From a virus (lineage: Duplodnaviria > Caudoviricetes): a stretch of DNA of 41,392 bases. Below the pieces are notes generated by a model that ran no database searches, had not been told where the DNA came from, and saw nothing but the letters and a program-made list of their open reading frames with translations. Shown piece by piece: positions 17,521-26,190 of this stretch; within the stretch, counting starts at the first letter, position 1, and the number at the start of each line of letters is the position of its first letter. Made by a program: the position numbers and the translations under genes. The stretch spans positions 1 through 41,392 of the IMG/VR virus record IMGVR_UViG_3300031820_000010. One strand, 5' to 3'.

Positions 17521-20500
17521 CTAAGTCTTGGTCCGGCGCGAGAGCAAATCTCGCCAGGTCAAATCGCCTTGGCCGTTTAGATAATCCAGGAAGTTAAAGG
17601 CCAGTGTGTTCAGGTATTGCGGATAGGCGGCGCCGATGGCCGCTTCCTTGGCCGTGTTCTCCCAAAACCTTGGGCTGAGTGACTTATCGGTCAGAGCGGC
17701 TTGCGCCATATCGGCCAAAGGATTAACGACGGTTTTCACAGCTTCCTGAAAGGGAAGCTGAATGTCGGACGGCTGGCCCATGACTTTGCCGAGACCATAT
17801 TGGGCGAGCTCGCGAATGATTGGCACGTAGCTGATGCCCTGCATGATCATGCGTTCGGTCATGCGCTTTGTCTTCTTTTCGTCGTCCTCGCCTTGAGCGT
17901 TGCGGAAAAACTCCCGCCAAAGATTCTCATTGGCGCCCTGGAGCACCCAGCCAAAAAAGGCGGAAGTCGCCAGTACCGTGAGAGCCGTTCCAATATTTCC
18001 CTTGTCGTATTCGAGGCCCGCTAGCTTCCCATCCGCCCACATCCGGTTAAACTGGGTTCCCGCCCAGGAGTACCACCAGGTAAAGATTTTGTGGCCTTCC
18101 GAGCCCCGCTGGATCATCGCTAGATCAAGCGGTGAGCCAGAGCCAGCCAGCTTCATGACGGCTTCGTCCGCCATATCAACCGCCTTCTGCTGACCGAATT
18201 CGGCGACCGTGCCGCGGTAAACCTGCAGCCACAAAGGATAGGTAATGGCCTGATCGGCTTTGTTGTGGGGATAAAAAGCAAAATGCTGCAAGAGCGAATC
18301 CTCGCCCTGCCAGCGCTTGGCCATATCCGCCAGGTCTCGGTCGCGTAGACTAGAACGCTTGGCCATGCGGGGAGAGTTTTGGTCCACGAAGGCGACGTTT
18401 GTTTCCCTGTCCGCCAGGAAATCCTTGATGGCGCCCGCAAAGCCGACAGGACCGATATCTTTGATGGCGCTAATGGCATTGCTCGCCAAAAAGATCGGTG
18501 CCGTCATCGGCCGGAAGCCCAAGGTGGCCATCGTGGCGCCAAAGCGAATCCGGCGCAAGATCCTGTCTGCTGCCCCGACCGGCTCGCCCTGATCAGCGGC
18601 CACCCATTTCACATGCTGCTCAATTGTCCGGTAACCGTCCAAGCCAATGGCATTGATGACGGCTTCGCGGACGTCACGCTGGCGTAGGAGGCCGTTAACA
18701 TCGATGATCGATTTGCGGAAGGCCAGATCGTGCACGACATCTTGCAAATGGTTAAACATGACGCGCGTGTCGAGCTTCACTGGCCCCGCATAAGCCGCGA
18801 CCCGCGCCTTCGTAAAGCCTTGTTCGGTATGCGCCATGACCGAGCCAGCCGTTTTATAGAGCGCGTTCCGGGCTTCCAAGTTGTTGTAGGCTTCGCTTGA
18901 GCGGGCCGAATCGTAAGCCAGCGGATAATAGCCGCCGGCGTACTTGCCGTATGGCGTTTCGATTTCGGCGGGCGCGACCGGCCGCGGCGTCTCGCCTGCG
19001 ACCTTTTGCTGCTGGGCGACGATATCCGGCCAGTAACTATGCAGATAGTCCCACGAGGCCTGAGCGTAATCCCATTGCTGCTTGGTGATCTTGCCCAGGA
19101 TCTCCGCCTCTTGATCCGGCGTTAATTGATAGCCGTCGCGCAAACGCTGCCGGCCGTTTTCATTGCCCCAGTTCAGGGCAAAACTCATAAGCTCGTCCCG
19201 CGTCATGTCGCGGTCGCGCGAGGCGATATAAACCTTTTCCTTGCGCAGCTGCTCGTATTCGCCTTTGGCCCAATGTTGCGCAAGAATCTTGTTCATCGCC
19301 TCGACGGCATTCTGGTTGCGGGTAATCTCGTCCCCGTCGGAATGCAGGAGCGGCCGGTACAGGAGATTCTTCATCAAGCCGTCTGGTTTGAAGCCGTCCA
19401 GAAAATCACAGATCCGGTAAAGATTCACTAGGCTAGGAATTGCGGCATTCGGCAGGTTCAGAAGCGAATCGATTTTCTTTGTAAAGAAGCCTTCGCCTTG
19501 CTTGGCTCCAATGTCGCGGGCTTCTTTATAGCTCTGTCCGATATTCTGCTCGATGAATTCCCGAATCTTTGCGGCCGCTTCCTTGCGGTCCATTTTGATC
19601 ATTTCATTTAAAAAGCGGTCGTAGCCGCGGCCGACGGCGTTAAGTGCCTGAACCGCCTGCTTGAGGTCGCGGAAATCAGATAGGCTCATTTGCCGGTAAG
19701 GAACGGGCGGACTCGTCAGGACGCTATCGGGAATGGCGACGTTGCGGTAATCGTTTTGGATCCGGATGACTGTATCCGGAAGCGCTTCCTGGCGCCACTG
19801 GCCGCTGGCATCCTGCACCCAACCGGTCCGGTGCGCGATTTCCTCGGGGTCTTCGCCCTTGGTGGCCATATCTTGGGCGATCGCTAGGTAAGTTTTGGCG
19901 TCTTCGGCTCGCGCAGGGGCGAGCCCTCGATCGGAAAGGAGCGTGTCGATCTGGCGGATGAACCCGTAAGGAATGTCTTTTAAGTCCTGCTTGCGCGAAG
20001 CGAAGCGGTCGAAGACGCGCATGGCCTTATCGATTTCAGCGCGCGCCTTGAAGGCTTCGGTGGCCAGGGCATGGTTTAACATCTGCTGGCGCTTGGCGAC
20101 GGACGCCGCTTCATAATCCTTGTCTAGCAAGGCTTTTTGGACTTTTAGCGCAGCGTTTCGCTCAGCGGTAAAGTACGGCATGAACTGGCCGGCCTCACCT
20201 ACCGACTTGGCAGCAATCACCTCTTTTGCCTTCGCTTGCGCCACTTCAGCTTCGATTTTGGCCTGAGCCGCTCGGCGTTTCTGCTCAATCACGCGGCCTT
20301 GCGCTTCATCGACCATGGCGCGGAAAATGCTCTGTTCCTTGGCCAGAAGGTCGGTCTGCTTCTCGGAATAGACAGCCTTGAGCGCTTCCTCGCGGATCTT
20401 GGCCGAATCCTTCAAATCAGCGAACTGCGCCATATGCTGGTCAACGGCCGCCTGGATTTGCTTTTCGATATGCGGTTCGTTCATCACCTTGTAGGTCAAC

Positions 20501-23466
20501 TCATCTGCACTCGAATAGCCTCGGGATTCGGCCAGTTGTTCCAAAGTCGCATTTTCCTCCGGTTTCAGTTTTCCAAGCCTCCAGTCTCCGGCGACCTCAT
20601 GCGGATCCCTGCCAAACGTCTTTTCAATGGCTCCAATCGTCTTCTGGATTGGCGAGCTGCGAATCGAGTCTTCCGCCTTGACGCGAGCATTCGCCGCCTC
20701 TGTTACTAAATTCCGCCGATGCTCATCGGTAAGTTCGGCCATTTGTTCATTTAAAAGGTTCGTTACGGCCGCTTCATGGGCCTGCTCGCGAAGGGTAAGA
20801 AGTTTATCCCGGACCTTTGGGTCGATTCCCTCGAATTCCTTACCTATATCCATACCCATACTACGTTCGACAAAGGCCGTCTCATCTTCAGAGGCCAGCA
20901 TTCGTTCCATGACTCCGCGGACGTTCTCATTAAGTTCAACTCCGAGCGTGATCGGGTCACGGTAGAGCTGCGTCAACCAGCGCCGGAATTTGGCAAAGAC
21001 GCCGCGCAGGCCTTCGCTCGGCGCTTTGCCTTCGCGCAGGTAAAGCTCAAAGCCTTTGGCGAACTGCTCATGCTGCTCTTTGGTCAGGTCCTTCTGGCCG
21101 TCTTCCACTTTGAGCCAGTCGGACAGAATCTTCCAATCGCCTAGGTGCCGGTCCGAAGCTTGTCCCGTCTGAACAAACTCATGGAAAGTTTTGAGCCAGT
21201 AATGGGCAAGCTCGTGAGGAAAGGTCGAAGCATCGGCTTTGACAAGCGAAATCAACGTCTCTTTGGGTGTGAACTGAATAAAGCCGCGAGGATCGGATTC
21301 CGGATCGCCCTGGAAAAGAGGCGAAGCCTTTGCTTCCGGGGATTTGCCAGCGATCGGGATTCCAGCTTCCCGCACCGTCTCAAGGCTCACATCGCTGCGC
21401 CAGGCGTTACCTGAAGGATTATCCGGCGTTTTGGTAAGGGCAGCGATTTTGTCGGGATCGCCGTAAAGCCTGAAATAGGGAGTCGACGGCAAAGAAGGGT
21501 CGAGTTGCCAATTGTAAACGAAAACGGCATGAGGCTCGCCGGTCTTGGCTTGCTCGCTTACGACAGGCAAATCTTTCGGAACCGGTTCGGGAGCTACCGC
21601 ACCTTCCTGCCGGAGAATCCTCTGCGCCGCGGCGGCCTCCGTGGGCGCGGTCCCCGAGACGACTTTGATCGGACCCTTTTCATAAAAATCCTTCGGGTCC
21701 ATAGCGCGGTCGGCCGCCATCTTCGTGATCATGGCCGCGCCCAGCTGCGCCTGAGCGTCGGCTTGCTGAGAAGTAACCTGCCCGGTCGATTGCAATTGGC
21801 GCTTTAAATCGGCATAGACGAAATCGCGGCCTTCCTGCAGCTTCGGATTTTCCTTGATCGCCTGATCCGCTGCGGCTTGCACCATTTCGCCGGTAGCCTG
21901 GGCCTGCTCTTTGGCTTCATTCACAGTCGGATCTTCGGGATGAAAGCGAATGTCATCTTTGAGCGCGTCATAATGAGGCGTGCCGACCATCTTCTCAGTC
22001 CAAGCCGAGAGCGGAATCTGGATGTCGCCCCCGGCCTGACGCGCGACGGGCAACTGAGCTTCTATCCCTAGGTCTTTGGCTATTCCGTCTGGATCGATAT
22101 TTTTACCTTGGAAATAAGTATCGAATCGTTCAGCCGGAATCGATATATTTTGAACGGGCGAATCTTTTGTCAACTGTTCCACAAAGGCCCGGTGATTCTC
22201 CGGCAAGCGCTCGCGAAGCTTAGAAGCCTCCGCCGTATCGCCAAGGGCCGTATAGAAGTCTCTCGTCGCTTGAACCCGGCTGACGTCCGTACCACGGGCA
22301 AAACCACTGGCGATAGCCGCCGGTCCCACTAGAGCCGCCCCTGTCGCGCCGCCCACGATCCAAGCGTCCAGCGCCCGTTTCCAGGTTCCTTGCATTGCGG
22401 CAGGATTAACGCCCGTCGCGTAATCGGCGAAATCACTGGCGCTCGTGATGGCCGCCATGGATCCGCCCATAGAGGCAAAGGAGCCGGCGAAGGTCTTGGC
22501 CATATCAAGCACGACCTTGCGCGCGGTATCACTGCCAACCGACTCGGCAATGGCCGCTTCCCATTTATGCAAGGGACTGAGCGCGCCCAGGTTCATGAAG
22601 GCCATATTGATCGCGCCGTGATACATCGCGTTTAAACTCGCCGTAGCGGGCTCCACTCCCAGCTGGCGGTTCCTGGCCAGAACATCGCCAGCGGAGGTCA
22701 CGCCGACGCCGCCTAACCCGACTCCTGGATATCCTGCCGCGCTGGCGGCCATGAGCAGCGCCAAAGACGGTGCGCTTTCGATAAGTTGGGCCGAGAGGGC
22801 GGTACCGGCTTCCCGGACCCGTCCTTCTTTGAGAAGGTCGGTCACGCTTTGTTCAAGCGCCGGCGGGGTCCAAGCCTTCGCTTGGTCGCTATAGAACTTG
22901 GCGACGGGATTGTTCGCCAGCCACTCGGGCGAGCGGACTTCTAGCTCCGGATGCCCGAGGCTAGAGGCAATGAAATTCTGAGGGAACGCAGCTACGTCGT
23001 ACACCGTCGCAGGAACCTTGGCCAGCTGCACATTGAGTTTTGCCAGTCCCGTCTGAAGCGAATTCCAAAGCGTGCGGCCCGTGCTATAGCCTTGCACGAG
23101 ATTTTCGGTACTGGCCAGATTGTTGATGTCGTCTTTGGCGACGGCCATCTTGACAGGATCAGAGAGATATTTCGCCGTGGCCGGATACTTGTCGGTGATG
23201 TCGGCGAAGTACTCGCTCGGCGGAATCGCTGCGGCTTTCTTGGCAGCTTCTAGATTGTCGGCCACATATTGGGGATCAGCGCCAAGATTCTCGGAGGTCT
23301 TAAAGACTTGCGCGGCGTGGTCGGCGTTTAAATCGTGTGTCTGGTGGTAAGCGTATTCAATCGGACTGGCTTTATCCGGGAAGTCGATGACGTCCGGACT
23401 CATTCCTGAGAAAAGATCAGGCTGCTGATCTTCGATCGATGCCAGCGGATGAATCGGGCGAGCCAT
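17521..23466 (-). CDS. Large internal virion (ejection) protein, polyvalent-protein-like, 1981 aa
   Basis: gp16-equivalent position; mostly helical; RGFIQF...ADASTFPHELAHYWL (HExxH)...HEQFAKGFELYLREGKAPS. Confidence 0.8.
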   Translation of the reverse strand: MARPIHPLASIEDQQPDLFSGMSPDVIDFPDKASPIEYAYHQTHDLNADHAAQVFKTSENLGADPQYVADNLEAAKKAAAIPPSEYFADITDKYPATAKYLSDPVKMAVAKDDINNLASTENLVQGYSTGRTLWNSLQTGLAKLNVQLAKVPATVYDVAAFPQNFIASSLGHPELEVRSPEWLANNPVAKFYSDQAKAWTPPALEQSVTDLLKEGRVREAGTALSAQLIESAPSLALLMAASAAGYPGVGLGGVGVTSAGDVLARNRQLGVEPATASLNAMYHGAINMAFMNLGALSPLHKWEAAIAESVGSDTARKVVLDMAKTFAGSFASMGGSMAAITSASDFADYATGVNPAAMQGTWKRALDAWIVGGATGAALVGPAAIASGFARGTDVSRVQATRDFYTALGDTAEASKLRERLPENHRAFVEQLTKDSPVQNISIPAERFDTYFQGKNIDPDGIAKDLGIEAQLPVARQAGGDIQIPLSAWTEKMVGTPHYDALKDDIRFHPEDPTVNEAKEQAQATGEMVQAAADQAIKENPKLQEGRDFVYADLKRQLQSTGQVTSQQADAQAQLGAAMITKMAADRAMDPKDFYEKGPIKVVSGTAPTEAAAAQRILRQEGAVAPEPVPKDLPVVSEQAKTGEPHAVFVYNWQLDPSLPSTPYFRLYGDPDKIAALTKTPDNPSGNAWRSDVSLETVREAGIPIAGKSPEAKASPLFQGDPESDPRGFIQFTPKETLISLVKADASTFPHELAHYWLKTFHEFVQTGQASDRHLGDWKILSDWLKVEDGQKDLTKEQHEQFAKGFELYLREGKAPSEGLRGVFAKFRRWLTQLYRDPITLGVELNENVRGVMERMLASEDETAFVERSMGMDIGKEFEGIDPKVRDKLLTLREQAHEAAVTNLLNEQMAELTDEHRRNLVTEAANARVKAEDSIRSSPIQKTIGAIEKTFGRDPHEVAGDWRLGKLKPEENATLEQLAESRGYSSADELTYKVMNEPHIEKQIQAAVDQHMAQFADLKDSAKIREEALKAVYSEKQTDLLAKEQSIFRAMVDEAQGRVIEQKRRAAQAKIEAEVAQAKAKEVIAAKSVGEAGQFMPYFTAERNAALKVQKALLDKDYEAASVAKRQQMLNHALATEAFKARAEIDKAMRVFDRFASRKQDLKDIPYGFIRQIDTLLSDRGLAPARAEDAKTYLAIAQDMATKGEDPEEIAHRTGWVQDASGQWRQEALPDTVIRIQNDYRNVAIPDSVLTSPPVPYRQMSLSDFRDLKQAVQALNAVGRGYDRFLNEMIKMDRKEAAAKIREFIEQNIGQSYKEARDIGAKQGEGFFTKKIDSLLNLPNAAIPSLVNLYRICDFLDGFKPDGLMKNLLYRPLLHSDGDEITRNQNAVEAMNKILAQHWAKGEYEQLRKEKVYIASRDRDMTRDELMSFALNWGNENGRQRLRDGYQLTPDQEAEILGKITKQQWDYAQASWDYLHSYWPDIVAQQQKVAGETPRPVAPAEIETPYGKYAGGYYPLAYDSARSSEAYNNLEARNALYKTAGSVMAHTEQGFTKARVAAYAGPVKLDTRVMFNHLQDVVHDLAFRKSIIDVNGLLRQRDVREAVINAIGLDGYRTIEQHVKWVAADQGEPVGAADRILRRIRFGATMATLGFRPMTAPIFLASNAISAIKDIGPVGFAGAIKDFLADRETNVAFVDQNSPRMAKRSSLRDRDLADMAKRWQGEDSLLQHFAFYPHNKADQAITYPLWLQVYRGTVAEFGQQKAVDMADEAVMKLAGSGSPLDLAMIQRGSEGHKIFTWWYSWAGTQFNRMWADGKLAGLEYDKGNIGTALTVLATSAFFGWVLQGANENLWREFFRNAQGEDDEKKTKRMTERMIMQGISYVPIIRELAQYGLGKVMGQPSDIQLPFQEAVKTVVNPLADMAQAALTDKSLSPRFWENTAKEAAIGAAYPQYLNTLAFNFLDYLNGQGDLTWRDLLSRRTKT

Positions 23467-25097
23467 TATTCTTGCCCCTGCTGGCGGCTCAAAGCCTCAT
23501 CAAGCGCCCGTTTCACATTGGAAGGCGTCACGGCTTTGCGGTTTCTAGCCAAGAAAGCTTTGGCCTGCTCAACCCGGTCAAAACCGTAAGCCGGATCTTT
23601 GGCCAGTTTCATGTAAGCTTCCGAGAAACCTTTCTCGGTCTGAACGTCGACTTTCCAGCCGGTCTCGGTCTTATTGATCGGAAGCGTGATGCCAAAGAAG
23701 GAGTAAGGACCGACGACGACTTTATCGAGTTTGGTCTTAGTGATGTCGCGGATCTGGTCCGCCGTTTTACCGAGACAGTCTTCCTTGAGCGCATTGATGG
23801 CGGCATCCGAAAGCTTTTCCTGCGTACCGGCCACCTTGCCCATGGAAGAGCCGTATTTGGTTTTGACCGTGTTCATAGTCTCCGCCCACGCCGCCTGGAC
23901 CGGCTGCGGTTGGCGATTGATCCAGGCATTGAACCGGTCCTGGGGATTGGCATAGAGCTTGGTCACTTCGGCTTCTAAGTTAGCCGTGCTCACCGTATCC
24001 CAGGCATATTTGGAGGGGATCTTGAGCGCCTGGTCATAGGGAACGCCTTTGCTCTGGGCATCGATGATTTCATTGACGGCAGAGCGCTCCGCGTCCTGGC
24101 GCTTGCGCATGGTTTCGGAGTAATCCACCATGGCCCGGTGATCCAAATGAGACATGACCTCGTATTCCATTTTGGGTTCGAGTTTGAGTGAGCGCACGTA
24201 AGCGTCTGCTTTAGCGCGGTCGACCATGCCGTCGGCCAGACGGAAAGTGGGGTCGGCCGCGATACTATTCCAGACGTCGCGAGTCAGGACATAGATTTTC
24301 TGGCCATCGATGAGCTTCTGAGTAGCTTCGACGTCGTTTTGCAGCATCTTGTCTTTATTGGCGTCGAATACGGCCTGGGCGGCCGTCGGGTTTTGGTCCA
24401 GCACTCCCATGACCGAGGCGTGAACCATCTTGGCTGCCAGGGTCTTATTTTGGATATCAACGACGTCCGGCGACTGACCCAGATGCATGGCCGCGCCAGT
24501 GGTGGCGGCCTGGGCGACGGTAATGGCTTTGGCCAAATCTTTGGGATCAGAAAGGGTGGCGGCATTTGAGATCGCACTAGCTTGATTGGCATCGAGCGAA
24601 TCCTTGAAAGAAGCCAAGCCTTCAGCCGCCTCATGATGTAAGACCTGCTCGCGCGCGCTCGTTAAATGCACATCAAGCGTTTTTTCCATTTGATTGCGGA
24701 GTTCAGGCGCCGTGACCGTTTGCATGTACTGAGCCTTCATCTGCTGCGCTACCGCATCAAATTGAGGCGTGGCGCCTTTGGCTTGATTTCTCTGGCGCAC
24801 CAGGAAACCCTTCGGTATGCCGTTCTCGTCAACCGTTGGATCGTCCAGGCGGCCCTGAAGGTCGGTTTGGAATTTCGTGGTCTGATCTAAGACATTCTGT
24901 TCGTCGTTTCGTTGCTGGAGCTCAATGAGACGCTGGGAAGCGACTTGGCCGGCTCGCCCAATGGTTTGCCCAAGCCGCTCCTGAGCGGCTGCGACTTCGG
25001 TGCCAAAGGCTTCCTCCGGCGGCCGCAGAACCTGGGGCTGCGGCAGGGTTACCGGGCGAGAAGCGACCGAAGGCTCTAGAACGGGAATTCGCGGCAT
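23466..25097 (-). CDS. Internal virion protein (gp15-like position)
   Basis: MPRIP start, Ala/Gln-rich helical sequence, synteny. Confidence 0.75.
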   Translation of the reverse strand: MPRIPVLEPSVASRPVTLPQPQVLRPPEEAFGTEVAAAQERLGQTIGRAGQVASQRLIELQQRNDEQNVLDQTTKFQTDLQGRLDDPTVDENGIPKGFLVRQRNQAKGATPQFDAVAQQMKAQYMQTVTAPELRNQMEKTLDVHLTSAREQVLHHEAAEGLASFKDSLDANQASAISNAATLSDPKDLAKAITVAQAATTGAAMHLGQSPDVVDIQNKTLAAKMVHASVMGVLDQNPTAAQAVFDANKDKMLQNDVEATQKLIDGQKIYVLTRDVWNSIAADPTFRLADGMVDRAKADAYVRSLKLEPKMEYEVMSHLDHRAMVDYSETMRKRQDAERSAVNEIIDAQSKGVPYDQALKIPSKYAWDTVSTANLEAEVTKLYANPQDRFNAWINRQPQPVQAAWAETMNTVKTKYGSSMGKVAGTQEKLSDAAINALKEDCLGKTADQIRDITKTKLDKVVVGPYSFFGITLPINKTETGWKVDVQTEKGFSEAYMKLAKDPAYGFDRVEQAKAFLARNRKAVTPSNVKRALDEALSRQQGQE

Positions 25098-25106
25098 GGT
25101 TACCTT

Positions 25107-25739
25107 TTAGACGTTTCCATAATCAGGAGCCGTCGCATATCCTCCTCCATAGGAGCGGCCGGGCGTTTTAACCATAGCGGGACTGCGGCCCGCACCCGTC
25201 TGATTCCACCGATACCAAGTATCGGCCACGCTTGTCGCCGTTCCAAGCAGGCTCGCCGTCGTATTGATGTCGCCGGCATAGCGGGCGTTGGCGCCTGCAT
25301 AACGGAACTGCGCAGCCTGGTCCCTGAGCGCTTTGGCTTGATCGGCTGCCGCCGTGCGAGCGGACCAAATCCTGGAGTCGGCATCGAAGCGCAAGGCATT
25401 CACATCTAGCTCATGAGTTTTGGCGGTGTCGCGCACGATGTCTTCAGCCGTCACCGAACCGGCGCCGATGCCGCTGGCGCCAAGGGCGGCCTTTTGGGCG
25501 CCCGCTACCCGCTTGGCGCTTCGGTTTAAATTGGCTTCATCAATAGCCGAGGTTTCAGCGATTGAGGTCGCGGTCTGTTCGCCGCGCGCAGCGATCGTTC
25601 TGGCTTGTGCTTCATTCTGTCCGGCCAGATAGTTGTAATAGGACTCTTTAGCCTTGGCGGTTTGGCGCTCGGCTTCATAGGACAAAGCGCCGCCGGCGAC
25701 TTGAATCCCCATGGAAGCGGCCATCTCAGGCGTGCACAT
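25107..25739 (-). CDS. Internal virion protein (gp14-like)
   Basis: MCTP start, Ala/Gly-rich, QKAALGASGI motif. Confidence 0.75.
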   Translation of the reverse strand: MCTPEMAASMGIQVAGGALSYEAERQTAKAKESYYNYLAGQNEAQARTIAARGEQTATSIAETSAIDEANLNRSAKRVAGAQKAALGASGIGAGSVTAEDIVRDTAKTHELDVNALRFDADSRIWSARTAAADQAKALRDQAAQFRYAGANARYAGDINTTASLLGTATSVADTWYRWNQTGAGRSPAMVKTPGRSYGGGYATAPDYGNV

Positions 25740-26190
25740 GGTCCCTTTCCAAAATGAACAGGCTAAAAAGCTCGCCTTTAGGGCCGCGCGGCGTAGGCGC
25801 TCCAATTCGTGCGCCGCACCAGCGCAGCCAGCGGATGACTTTTTCGTGTTTAACTGCGACAAAGTTGTAAATCAGCGGGTATTCTTTGAGCATAGCCCAG
25901 ATGACTTGCCGGGAATGACGGAGGAAAGTCAGGCGCATTTGTTCAATTTCCTTGGAAACAAGCATCCAGCCAGTCGCCACACCTGGTTCGGGCGACGGTA
26001 CAACTCCAAAGATAAGAATGGGCAAACCATTGTTTTCAACCGTCGAGCACATTTTTGATCGCTTAAATGCCGACATCATTGCTTCAAAGGGCGTCATATG
26101 TAGCAGCTCGACAATCTCGACGACGTCGCATTCCAGTAAGCGGTCTTTCATCGATTCGATATCCTCGATGGTCGTATCACGGATGATCAC
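25726..26190 (-). CDS. GNAT-fold virion assembly protein (T7 gp13-like)
   Basis: IYNFVAVKHEKVIRWLRWCGA motif; directly after tail tube B. Confidence 0.75.
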   Translation of the reverse strand: MIIRDTTIEDIESMKDRLLECDVVEIVELLHMTPFEAMMSAFKRSKMCSTVENNGLPILIFGVVPSPEPGVATGWMLVSKEIEQMRLTFLRHSRQVIWAMLKEYPLIYNFVAVKHEKVIRWLRWCGARIGAPTPRGPKGELFSLFILERDHVHA

